A stretch of DNA of 64,000 nt from Macrostomum lignano (taxonomy: Eukaryota). The translations under genes and the position numbers were made by a program. A model generated the notes under the pieces. It had not been told where the DNA came from and searched no databases. It was given only the letters and a program-made list of their open reading frames with translations. Below are positions 52,269-64,000 of the stretch, piece by piece. How positions within the stretch are numbered: the first letter of the stretch is position 1; the number at the start of each line of letters is the position of its first letter. The stretch covers positions 226,315-290,314 of the forward strand of contig NIVC01000670.1 in the NCBI GenBank assembly GCA_002269645.1. Direction: 5' to 3'.

Positions 52269-54194
52269 GATCAAACAACGTTTTCTATCCTTCGTCGCCA
52301 GAGGCTGAGAAGCTCAGCGGTAAGCGCGTCTGGCTCTCGCGCCACGACCCCTGGTGCGATTCCGTGCGCAAGCACTATTCATTGGGGCTTGAGCACTAAA
52401 TTTTACTCCAAATGATTAAATGTTAAAGGTGCGATTCACACCTATGAGGGCCAACCTCCACTGTTTAGAGAGTGTACATGCCTAACGACTAGAAGGTCTA
52501 GGTCTGATGCACACACTTCTGTGTACAGTATTGGCGCTTGTAAGTGCTCAGGAGTCCGCGGAATGGGGCAGAATTACCTCAGCGCTGGTTGCGCAAGTGT
52601 AGAATAAGGAGGGACAACAGAATTGTCAGGCAAATTACAAAAAAATCTATAGATACTCACACAGTTGCGACGGTGTCAGGTGTGTCGGTACAGAGCTGGT
52701 GGTTGGAATTCTATACTGCTATAGTAAAGCCTGAAGTCCAATATTAGCAGCGGCAGCAGCAATTTATGAATGCCAAGGTGCTGTAGGCTCGTACTGTGTA
52801 ACAAATAGAATTACTTAGCAGAGGCAACGAATAGAAAAGCATTTAGGCACAATTTATTTAAGCTCGTATGTTGCAAATCTGCTTTTGTGTTTGCCAGAAA
52901 AGAAACAGCCATGTGAGTGAGAGAGAACCAGTCTAAAATATGCAGCACCAACCCCACCTTTATGCCTCAGACTTCTGGCTAATAAGGACCCCCCCCCCAA
53001 AGCCAGGTGTCCCCGTATAGCCCTCCCTCTCGTGTCACACCCAACCGACACTCTGCCCGTACAGAGTTTCAATATATATCGCAGAGATTGCAGCAAGACT
53101 TACAAATTCGAAACCCCCCCCCCCAGCAGTTGTGAAGCCTACCCGCCCTCTCTGCCCGGCCTGCTGCTCGAGGCTTTCTGTACGTTTAATAGCTTCACAC
53201 AGAAGCTTATAGAATGCCATCAGCCAATTACTGTCCTGGTGCGCAGTGTACAGCACTGGGCGTCTGTCCGCACTGTCGTCGTCTGTTGGCCCACTCAAGC
53301 GTGGCCTTTTTTCTTCTGTAATTCGATATGTACTTCCAACAAACACGCGCTTCCATCGCACTGAGATGACCCCGAGACGAGTTGCGTACATATCATGACT
53401 ATGAAGGTGATGCAGATAGCAACTTGATAGCTGCATTTTTATACACAAATAGGAATAAGTCCCTACGTTGTTCGGCAAGGGGTCTTCAAAGACTCTCTTA
53501 TTTACCTTAGTCGTCCATGAGTCTCTTAACGATCTGATACCTGATAACAGCTGGTAAAATGAATTGAAAGAAGGCAAGATTTTGTCCCAGATTAGTAAAA
53601 ATGAAGCTTCATACCAGGGACAACTTAAACTTAAAGTTACAGTTGCCCCTGCTCCATACATGAAGACAGGACAGCGGCAAAACATTTATCTATGCTGGAT
53701 AGATTACTAGACTAGAGGATTGCTGTAAGGGATGCGTCTACAGTCTTTAAAACCCAATCGGCACTGCTTGATCCCTGCTTCCGTTAGGCTTTTTTCTCGG
53801 TTAAGCCCTGAAAATATCTGCCTGAATAAATTCTCTCAATGGATTCGCTGGGCGCTGGCTGACTGATTGCATTTTTCGGTAGGTTTTTTACCCGACGTAT
53901 CCAGGGAACTCCAGAGACATTGAAAAGACACTCTACCATAAAAAACTCAAAATTCGTTTCCATATCTTTAGCGTTCCCCCGACGTAGCATTTGAGTAACT
54001 ATTTACAGGAGCAATAGGAGTTTGTTTCTGGATTTGTCCTCTTATTTCAATTCTGTTGGGAGCCCAAGGGAAAATTAGCAGCGTGTTAAAACAATTTTTT
54101 TAAAAATATATTAGAGAATAACGCTTTGAAATTGCGTTAGGAGCCGGCCATTCTGGTGGACTCCGTAAGAGTCGGATGTCAAAAGAAAGCAACT

Positions 54195-54550
54195 AGATGT
54201 CAGCGGTGAGAAATTGGATGTCAGATGCGAGAATGTGGGTGTCAGAGGCGAGAAATTGATGTCAGAGGCGAGAAATTGATGTCAGAGGCGAGAAATTGAT
54301 GTCAGAGGCGAGAAATTGATGTCAGAGGCGAGAAATTGATGTCAGAGGCAAGAAATTGATGTCAGAGGCGAGAAATTAGATTTCAGAGGCAAGAAATTGA
54401 TGTCAGGCAAGAAATTAGATTTCAGAGGCAAGAAATTGATGTCAGGCAAGAAATTAGATGTCAGAGGCAAGAAATTAGATGTCAGAGGCAAGAAATTGAT
54501 GTCAGAGGCGAGAAATTGATGTCAGGCAAGAAATTAGATGTCAGAGGCGA
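54195..54550. repeat. About 20-bp tandem repeat (GTCAGAGGCGAGAAATTGAT)
   Basis: Direct reading. Confidence 0.93.
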
Positions 54551-55366
54551 CTTAACTCACTTGACATAGCTGCAGGGTGGTCCGAGAACTCAGTCAGAGA
54601 CAGTTAATGAGGTCCCGGTGGGCCTGCCTGCAGCGTGATCTAGAGAAGAGAGACTTATCTGGTTGCGTTTGTGTCTGGACGTTTGTTTTTTCCTGTTTGA
54701 TTTGTTTTACTGATATCAAAGTGTCAATTCCAGTTAGTGTGCCATCTATTGGTAGACGTTTCAGCAAATGTCTTCAATGTCTGCACAAGAAGGATATACT
54801 GTGGAGAGTATAGAATGTGCAGATTTCATTCCCGCACTCGTGACCGTGAAGGAATACCATTGTTGGATGAGTCATCGTGCTGGAATGCACAAAACCGTGC
54901 AGGAATGCATTTCTTTGCCTAATGCTTTTTCAGTGAGATTGTACCATAGACATCCATTCCTGCACGCAAGCGTACAAGAATACCATTCCTTCGCGGAGAA
55001 TCAGCCGACAATTATTACGCGCACGAATTCTTAAATTGGTTGCTCCACAGACCCCCCCTTTTGGGCCATAGACGATTTAAAAGCCTGTCTTCAATGGCTT
55101 GATTCTCCAACTAAGGACTAAGTGTACTATAGTAAACGCCGTTTAATGGAAGGTTAATATGTAAATAATAAACGCCGTTTAATTCACATTCTGTGGTTAG
55201 AATGTCCGAGGACCATTGGTTGCAGCCGAGGATATTCTAACCATAGACTATGATGAATTAAACGGTGTTTATCATATATGAAATTCGATTGCTTATTTTT
55301 GGGGGCATCCCATCTGATTGATAGACACATAGGCTTAGGCCATTTGATTCCGACCATAGACAAATA

Positions 55367-56680
55367 CGAGGGGTGATCAAAAAGTTCTGCAACCTTTTGT
55401 TATAGCTTTTAGTTATAGAATCGGCAAAAGCCAAAAACTTACACATATGCGGCTATATCTGTTTGCTATATTTATATGCATTTTTGGCTTCCAAATGTGC
55501 TCTAGTCAAATTTCACAGCCATATATTTTCCATGTGTTTTCAGTAGCTGATGGAAACATCAAAAGACAGTGTTCGCTTCTATATCTTTATGTGCATGCAA
55601 CTTGGTTGCAAAGTGACTGAGATTCATACCGATCCGGTGAATGTTTTAGCTGACTCTGCTCCATCATTTGACACGGTTGCCCGCTGGCTGCGCCATTTCT
55701 TGGAAGGCTGGGACAGCTTCAACGATGAACCAAGGTCTGGCCGACCCCGGACATCCGTGAACGAAGATGTCGTGGCCCATGCCGATGCAATAATTCGTGA
55801 GGATTGGAGCATTACGCTAAGATTAATTGCCTATGAGCTTGGTGTCAGCTATGGAAGTGCTCATAACATCATGCATGAGCGACTGGGCCGCACAAAGACC
55901 TGCGCTCGGTGGGTGCCCCATCTTCTCACTCCGGAGCAGCAAGCAGAGAGGGTGCACATCTGTCTCTTGTGGGTGCAAATGTTTAAGCCCCACGGCCCAC
56001 GACGACTGTCGGATGTCATCACAGGAGACGAATGTTGGATCTCCTTATTTTACCATGAAGGATAAGCAGTCCAACATGGTCTGGCTGGCAGAAGATGAGC
56101 CAAGGCCTGAGGTGCTAAAGACCGGATTCCGCAGTTGGAAGCGGATGTTTACCATTTTTTCAACTCTCAGTATCAGTAAAAATCCTTCCAATGGGTGCCA
56201 CAGTAACTGCCAGGTACTACACAGACACTGCTCTGCCAGGCGTGCTGCAGGAGCGGCAGGAACGTGCGCGAACCAGGCATGGACCTCGACTCCTGCTGCA
56301 CCATGACAATGCGGCACCGCACAGAGCAGCCTCAACCATGGCGTACCTGGAGCAGCAGGGGGTCCGGCTGCTGCCCCATCCACTCCACCCTACTCTCCAG
56401 ACCTAGCATCATGCAACTTTTGGCTGTTCCCGAGGATAGAATCCGTCATTTCTGGGAGGCCGTTTTCACACATACAAGACCTTGCCCAGGCGGTACATTC
56501 AGCTCTACAGGGTTTACCAACTTCGGAGTACCATGACTGCTTTCAGACATGGTGCATACGCATGCGACGGTGCATAGATAGTGGTGGAAAGTACTTTGAG
56601 GAAATGTGACACTGATTAGACGCCGTGGTTGCTGTAACAGAGTTGTGAGGTCACTTGCAGAACTTTTTTATCACCCCTCG
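55367..56680 (+). mobile_element. Full-length but defective mariner (DD34D) element, 1314 bp
   Basis: TIR CGAGGGGTGAT(C/A)AAAAAGTTCTGCAA; TA TSD. Confidence 0.93.
55550..56609 (+). pseudogene. Mariner transposase with frameshifts
   Basis: PRSGRPRT, CARWVPHLLT, ITGDECW, LHHDNAAPH, YSPDLASCN (third D changed to N), GKYFEEM*. Confidence 0.92.
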
Positions 56681-56786
56681 TAAACTTCAATGTTCCGATG
56701 TTCACTTCAATGTTCCATATAAGGCTCCTGATTTCGAGGAGATTATATGATATAATATCCTAGTTTCTGTCAAATAATCTCACCTT

Positions 56787-56990
56787 AAACCACTTTAAAG
56801 CTCACTTTCAGGGAGGTTATTGACATAGATTTTATTTTGCAGGATTTAATCGATTACTTTCCTGGACATATTGCAAGGATTATTGTATGTATCTAAATAT
56901 GCGAGCTTCTCTCTTCTCTTCCTTCGTGACTCGAGAAATTTCTTAATGAAAATTTGTCTATGGTAAGAATGTGGGGGCTTCGCCCCCACA
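56787..56990 (+). repeat. Dispersed repeat of about 200 bp, second copy at 59349-59540
   Basis: TTAAACCACTTTAAAGCTCACTTTCAGGGAGG...GTCTATGGTAAGAATGTGGGGG is nearly identical at both sites. Confidence 0.9.
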
Positions 56991-57335
56991 CCCCCAGCAG
57001 GGGCTTCGCCCCCACACCCCCATCCCCAACTTCAACCATAGACATACAAGTATGGCTCCGGGATTTATCTGAATACATCCCGCAAAATTAAAGTAGTTTA
57101 AATAAGATATTCTATGGTTTTTTACCGACCTCAAACCCATAGAATATCTTATACATAAATTACCATGGACAACACATTCCCGGCTCAGAATGGTACAATT
57201 TTTAACGATTAAATAAGCAATCGTAGTTTATGAAGCGAGAATTTTAGTAAATTACCAAGGTCACGAATACGTGTATATTTGCTAAATTGACTGAAGTGTC
57301 TATGCCATGTTTGTACATGTTTGTTTGAGGTCAGT

Positions 57336-58092
57336 CCGTAGTCTATGGTAAAAAGTATTTAACTTTTGAGGAGAATTAAATGTTTTAATGCTCCTGATAT
57401 TAATTATACTTTTTTGCGATTGAATTCGTCCAAACTGCAAAACCTTTCGTCCACTAACGCTTTCTTAATGGGAGCTAAATTTAGATTATACCATAGACAA
57501 CTGTGTTCACGCAAAACGGTTCATCCAGTTTGTAAAACATTTCGTCTAAACCCTTCGTCCAAACAGCTAACAGCTAAACGGAGCGACTTTATTTGATATC
57601 ACGAAATATTGAACAAAGAAAAAACAGTGTCTCTTATTAGAATCGTTTTGGCTGTCTTTCTCTTGATCCCAAGGATATTGGCCAGTTGTTTCCAATCGCG
57701 GCCTTCTTCAACAGCCAAGGCTAATCGCCTGCGGTCTTCGTTTGACACTGGATGGTAGGGGCCTCGGTTCATCTTCGACTGTTTTTCCGGGTTCAGAATG
57801 GAAGATATGCGTTGCTGTAGCTGTAGTGGTAGCAAAAGCGAACTGTCAATTGGGTGTTAACTATGGTAGGAACAGTACACTCGGTCTCTAGTCTAGGGGA
57901 CGAAATGTTTTACAAACTGGATGAACCGTTTTGCGTGAACACAGTTGTCTTTGGTATGATCTAAATTTAGCTTCCATTAAGAAAGCATTTGTGGACGAAA
58001 GGTTTTGCAGTTTGGACGAATTCAATCGCAAAAAAAGTATATTAAATGATCTAATTCTCCTCAAAAGTAGCCACTTTTACCATAGACTACGG
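57336..58092 (-). mobile_element. Foldback element with about 200-bp inverted arms and a transposase HTH remnant
   Basis: Arms at about 57336-57550 and 57898-58092; the centre encodes MNRGPYHPVSNEDRRRLALAVEEGRDWKQLANILGIKRKTAKTIL (Tc1/IS630-like N-terminal HTH). Confidence 0.7.
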
Positions 58093-59957
58093 TTTCCCGG
58101 CTCATAATGATAAAATTAACTAATCATTAAATAAGCAATATCTTATTTTATATTATACACTTACTTATGAGCCCCGTTGGTCTGAAAAGTGCTATTACTT
58201 CCCTAAGCTCGACCAGCTAACTAAAAAGTCACTGGCCGAAATCAAAGCAAACAATGGGTTAGTTGGAACTCAACCCCCGGATTAGCAGAGGATTCGTACC
58301 GAACAGAATGAGCAAACACTGTGTTCACCGCCGGGACTTAAACGTGTGTAATCATAGAAAAAACCCGTTGCTACCCACCCACGAGGAATAAAAGTAAACA
58401 TGGAAAGCAGCAGCACTAGAGAGTTCTGAACTTGCATTGGTTACTATGGACTTAGGAAAATCCACCCGATGGTTTTGAATTTATCCTTTAACGTGAGAAT
58501 ACATGTGCACTGTGAGTGCATCTTGGAAAACCTCATACGAGCGTAGTTCCAAAACATGAATAACAATGAATAACAATATTTTGTAAATATAAAATTCGAT
58601 TTCTGAGTGGATCAATATTCATCTGATGTGACGAGCATGACATTAAAATATATTCATCTATGATGCATACTGTTTACAGAGAATACTGCTACACACAGGG
58701 TCAGGTCATGTATGTCTAACATCAGCTGTAATGTAGTGCTAGTTGGTTTGCAGTTGGGCTTTGGGCACTGCCAAAAATCAAGTTGTTATTTTAAAGGACA
58801 CAGTCGACTGGATCACCAATGCATGAAGGATAGCAGAGATGCGTTTGCATCTGTTTGCGTTAATTATTGTTTCCTGTTCTCTTCGATTTGTCGAAACTTG
58901 CAAGAAAGTCTAAAAAAATTCTTTTGAAAGTGGATGTGCGTGAGGGTGGGAACTTTTTTATGTTACCCAGTATGTACAATATTGCACGCGCAAGACGTGC
59001 TTCTCTCACACTGTCATATTGACTAGCTGCAACAGTGCAACTCAACGACAGACAAGAATTTGGTGCACGCTGACGAATCGATAAGCATCCATGATTAGTC
59101 GATGGTAATTTGCCCAGTACAACGGTTAAAAAGAGTTGAGGGACTGTTGAAAGAGCTGAATTGTGTCTTCATTCAACACTATGCTTCATTTGTTTCAAGT
59201 CCCCGACAACTGTATTGTACCATGACCTTTGTGCCTGCTGGGCACTTTTTCTTGCCTCTTAATGCCATAGACTACATTTAAGCCCGCTTGCAGGACTTTA
59301 ATGCTTTAAACTTACTTTAATGCAAATTAGCGGGCAGTTATTGACATTTAAACCACTTTAAAGCTCACTTTCAGGGAGGTTATTGACATAGATTTTATTT
59401 TGCCGGATTTGATCGATCACTTTCCTGGACATATTGCAAGGATTATTGTATGTATCTAAATAAGCGAGCTTCTCTCTTCTCTTCCTTCGTGACTCGAGAA
59501 ATTTCTTAATGAAATTTTGTCTATGGTAAGAATGTGGGGGTTCGGCTCTCGGGATTTAATCACATACCGACCTCAAACTCATAGAAAATCTTATATTTAC
59601 CCCCGATTATTCTGCCCCACTTTGTCAAGGACACAAGTGTCTATGGCACAGTATATGTTATTCCCCACTTGTTTTATTTATTTTGGTCCTAAGCGTCTGA
59701 AGACGATTACGACCATAGATAAGTTAAACAAGTGGGGAATGATGTATTTATCCCCCACTTGTCCCGGTCAAGTAAGTCTATGGTCTAGTGTTGAATCATT
59801 TATTTGTCCGGGACGAATAAATATTTATTTGTCCCGGACGAAGAAACGATTTATTTGGAACTGACAAAAACAACAAAAAGGCCACAAAAAGCAACTATGG
59901 TTGACACTAACGCTAATAGACTGATAGTCAATGACAGTAAAGCACTTTTTGTCTTCC

Positions 59958-60310
59958 TCACTCCATAGTGATCACGACGGTGTTATCATTTCTAGAAACT
60001 TCGATTCGCATTTTCTTCGCAGGAGCAGTAGAAACTGTCGTAGACCCTGTTGTCGGAGCGCCTCCAGCATCAGGAACAATGGTAACCGTCGTAGTCCCAG
60101 TTGTCGGAGCGCCTCCAGCATCACGAGCAGTGGCAACCGTCGGAGTCCTTGAGGTCGAAGCATCTGCAGCACCTACAGCAGAGCGGCTGATCTGCAGCTC
60201 ATTTGCTTCTTCACTGACACTCCAACATAGCGCTCAAGAGCAGAGCTCGAATGGCCTGTGACGCGGCAAATGTCAGGCTTACACAGCATCAAACCATCGC
60301 TATCGCATCA
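59958..60310 (-). pseudogene. Crypton-type tyrosine recombinase, C-terminal relic
   Basis: ICRVTGHSSSALERYVGVSVKKQ matches the TGH...Y box II of DUF3504-type recombinases; after a frameshift the tail reads TAPAKKMRIEVSRNDNTVVITME*. Confidence 0.7.
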
Positions 60311-60992
60311 AACTCGGGACTGTTCCGTTTCGATCAGAACCATAGACTGTTGAGCTATAGTTCTTTTTTTCCACAAGACCAAGCCAAGTTGTGGAAAAAT
60401 ACTATCTCTCCCGTTTATTCATTCGTCTATGGCCAGAACGACTTCAAACTCGTTTCTAAGGCCTAAAAGCTTTACTTTCAGGTCTAAAAGTAAAGCTTAG
60501 TGCTGCTTAATAATTCTTAGTAACAGTTACTATTTTTTCAATTCGCAAAATAAGGAGTTTTGGCCATAGACATTTTTTGGATTTCATTATTTCTTTTTTT
60601 GTCTTGTGTGCTGGTGTGCACCCCCGCAAGGGGCTCAACGCCCCCTTGACCCCCCTTTCTTCTGACTTTGCCATAGACATTTTCAGTGGGCCGTGAAACC
60701 GACTGAATGCATTGGAGTGAATGGGATTTTACCATAGACAGTCTCAGCGGCCCGTGAAATGCGGTTTCACGCCCGCTAACTATAACACTAGTATGGATGG
60801 GCCGTATCGGGCAGAAACGAGCTAACACTCCTCGGCGTTATAGCTCGTTTCTGCCCTCTGCAGCCCATCAATATTGGTTTAATAAACGGGAGAGATTATA
60901 TACTTATTACTCAGTTCATGTCAAGTGAGAGGAAAGTTAAGATAAAATCCTGCAACGTACTACCAACGACTTATCAAAATACTAAAATCACA

Positions 60993-61506
60993 ATGAGTAT
61001 TCCTGACGACTTACTTGACTTGACTCTGCCGGACATGGATTTTAATCTTGACGTGCTCATGGTGGCCGAAGGCGACAAACAACGTGATGGAGTGGTTTCG
61101 AGTCGGCATGCGTTGATGAACGAGTTGGAGTTGAATTTGCAACTGAATAAAGCGACACCTGAAAATACTAAAAAGAAGGCTGATTGGATCGTTAGCTTAT
61201 TCAAGCATTGGCATGAGCAGAAGAAGACTGCTTGGTCAACGGGTGGTGGTCCATCGTTAATGGTCCTGAAAGATCTCTCGGAGATGACGAAGCAAGATCT
61301 GAATTATCTTCTATCTTATAGTCTGCCAGAGCCAGTCTTCTGCTGTCATTACTACCTCTGGAGGTACTACTGCTCCCTCTTCTAATGCTGATGCCCACCA
61401 AGGACAACAGTCAACTGGCACCGTTAACTCCGAGAGTCCTAGTCCTAAGAAGATGCGAATCGAGATCTGTGGCGAATCGAATAAGGTCACGATTACTTTC
61501 GATTAA
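60993..61506 (+). pseudogene. Internally deleted Crypton-type (DUF3504/ZMYM-related) recombinase
   Basis: NKATPENTKKKADWIVSLFKHW...DLSEMTKQDLNYLLSY resembles the Crypton YR N-terminus; it joins out of frame to SPSPKKMRIEICGESNKVTITFD*; the catalytic domain is absent. Confidence 0.72.
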
Positions 61507-61707
61507 CAATGCTTGTTTTTTGAGAACTTAATGACGAAACTGCAGTTCTTCGTTCGTTCTTCGTTTCTTACACGTCATTTCGTTCAAACAGAAATTCTAA
61601 AGTACTCGGGCCAATAAATAATTTATTGGCCCGGCCAAATAAATTTTTTTCGCATCAAATAAATGCTTTTCTTAGTCTATGACCGGGCCTAACTGGGTAA
61701 TAAATAA

Positions 61708-62215
61708 TATTGGTTTTGTCAGCCTAACTGAGAATAAAGCCATCCAAAGTGAGAATCCTGCCTACGCTGACTGCGAAGGGCCTGGCTGCGTGCAGCCTTA
61801 GTCTATGGGCCATAGACAATAAATGACAAGCAAAGTGATAAAAAGCCATCCAATGTGAGAATCGATTGGTCTATGCGTCGTATTCTTTTATTTTTATACC
61901 TTCTGAGCCATATGACTAGCCAATAGCTTGAACGGAATAACGGAAACAGGAACACACTGGATGATACAGTACAGTAAAGTAAAGAGTTAAAATCCTAGAC
62001 CCATATGGCTCATAGACTAGGCTGGACGCAGCTAGGCCCTTCGTATTCAGCGTAGGCAGGATTCTCACATTGGATGTCTTTTTATCACTTTGCTTGTCCT
62101 TTATAGTCTATGGCCCATAGACTAAGGCTGCACGCAGCCAGGCCCTTCGCAGTCAGCGTAGGCAGGATTCTCACTTTGGATGGCTTTATTCTCAGTTAGG
62201 CTGACAAAACCAATA
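61708..62215. mobile_element. Foldback MITE with about 160-bp near-perfect inverted arms
   Basis: TATTGGTTTTGTCAGCCTAACTGAG...GTCTATGGGCCATAGAC... is mirrored at 62040-62215. Confidence 0.85.
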
Positions 62216-62489
62216 ATACCCATGTTTTAAGGGCGTTAATTGGAAAATCAGAGGGGGTCGTAAGCAGCTAACGTCAAGCGACAGCCTCATTGGAAGTGTC
62301 GGCCAGTACACTTTGGAAGTAGCTTGGTGCTGGGGGGAGCTGTGTGGCGGCTAGCCTAATGACTTTCACTCGTAGTCTATGACACCACTTTTGCTTTTAC
62401 GCACCGCGCTACTCTATTTAGCCCACGGGCAAATTCAAATATAAAACCAACCGTGTTCCTTTAAGATTTGCCTTGCTCAGCAAGCCGCC

Positions 62490-63510
62490 AAAGCTGAGTG
62501 ATTTCCCCTGAACTCTTGGATGGCTGAGCGATTCTCCCTGAACTCTTGGATGGCTGAGCGATTCCCCCTGAACTCTTGGATGGCTGAGCGATTCTCCCTG
62601 AACTCTTGGATGGCTGAGCGATTCTCCCTGAACTCTTGGATGGCTGAGCGATTCCCCCTGAACTCTTGGATGGCTGAGCTATTCCACCTGAACTCTTGGA
62701 TGGCTGAGCGATTCTCCCTGAACTCTTGGATGGCTGAGCGATTCTCCCTGAACTCTTGGATGGCTGAGCGATTCTCCCTGAACTCTTGGATGGCTGAGCG
62801 ATTCTCCCTGAACTCTTGGATGGCTGAGCGATTCTCCCTGAACTCTTGGATGGCTGAGCGATTCTCCCTGAACTCTTGGATGGCTGAGCGATTCTCCCTG
62901 AACTCTTGGATGGCTGAGCGATTCTCCCTGAACTCTTGGATGGCTGAGCGATTCTCCCTGAACTCTTGGATGGCTGAGCGATTCTCCCTGAACTCTTGGA
63001 TGGCTGAGCGATTCTCCCTGAACTCTTGGATGGCTGAGCGATTCCCCTGAACTCTTGGATGGCTGAGCGATTCTCCCTGAACTCTTGGATGGCTGAGCGA
63101 TTCTCCCTGAACTCTTGGATGGCTGAGCGATTCTCCCTGAACTCTTGGATGGCTGAGCGATTCCCCTGAACTCTTGGATGGCTGAGCGATTCCCCCTGAA
63201 CTTGGTGATTGAGCGATTTCCCCTGAACTCTTGGATGGCTGAGCGATTCCCCCTGAACTTGGGTGATTGAGCGATTTCCCCCTGAACTTGGTGATTGAGC
63301 GATTTCCCTGAACTTGGGTGATTGAGCGATTCCCCTGAACTTGGGTGATTGAGCGATTCCCCCTGAACTTGGGTGATTGAGCGATTTCCCCCTGAACTTG
63401 GGTGATTGAGCGATTTCCCCCTGAACTTGGGTGATTGAGCGATTTCCCCCTGAACTTGGGTGATTGAGCGATTTCCCCCTGAACTTGGGTGATTGAGCGA
63501 TTTCCCCCTT
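62490..63510. repeat. 30-bp minisatellite (AACTCTTGGATGGCTGAGCGATTCTCCCTG) grading into 26-28-bp variants
   Basis: Direct reading. Confidence 0.97.
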
Positions 63511-63724
63511 CACTGGTCGCTAACTGGCTTAATCAAGCAGAATTTTTTACCATATATTTTCAACTTCTCTACTATAGAACAATAGTGTGTTAAACATCTT
63601 GCAACCAAAATAATCCAGATGTGAATCCTTGGAATCTTTAGACTAACTTGATAGAAACTTAATTTCCCCATGATTTGCCTTGGTGTAATTTGTCATTTAA
63701 AGCAAAGCTAGCGAAAACCCGAGC

Positions 63725-64000
63725 ATAGACCTGCGAATCAGCTCATACACCTGAGCGCTTGTTCATAATCACCTCTTAAACACCTGAGCGCTTGTTCAGA
63801 ATTCTCCTCATAACACCTGAGCGATTGTTCACAATCACCTTCATAGACACCTGAGCGCTTGTTCAGAATCACCTCATAGACACCTGAGCGCTTGTTCAGA
63901 ATCACCTCATAACACCTGAGCGCCCTTGTTCAGAATCACCTCATAGACACCTGAGTGATTGTTCAGAATCTCCTCATAGACACCTGAGGATTGTTCAGAA
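63725..64000. repeat. About 30-33-bp tandem repeat (ACACCTGAGCGCTTGTTCAGAATCACCTCATAG), runs off the window
   Basis: Direct reading. Confidence 0.9.

Noticed and set aside
62461-63513. 350-aa and 176-aa repetitive ORFs
   Set aside because: Stop-free frames of a 30-bp satellite (unit length divisible by 3).

Overview
Eukaryotic (invertebrate animal) genomic DNA, rich in transposons and tandem repeats, with five host genes. The style resembles a free-living flatworm such as Macrostomum; that is inference only. Host genes, all on the minus strand: two tandem paralogs of an uncharacterised TPR-like protein with a C-terminal HPD J-domain-like module (9520-10982, two exons, one in-frame TAG; 17616-21660, five exons, intact, each intron filled by a different tandem repeat); a two-exon PLAC8/cornifelin-like gene with a 1-nt deletion in exon 1; an HP1/chromobox gene; and an intronless core-2/I-branching GlcNAc-transferase. 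Mobile DNA: an intact Mag-like Gypsy with identical LTRs, and a second decayed Gypsy with the same PBS and a MITE in gag; two RTE-like LINE copies; CMC/EnSpm-type, hAT-type and other MITEs; piggyBac and mariner relics; a 9.6-kb nested composite bounded by TIRs and a 9-bp TSD. The last 14 kb holds two Crypton (DUF3504-type tyrosine recombinase) relics, foldback elements and a strongly over-represented CATAGAC/GTCTATG motif. All calls are by eye, with no database searches.
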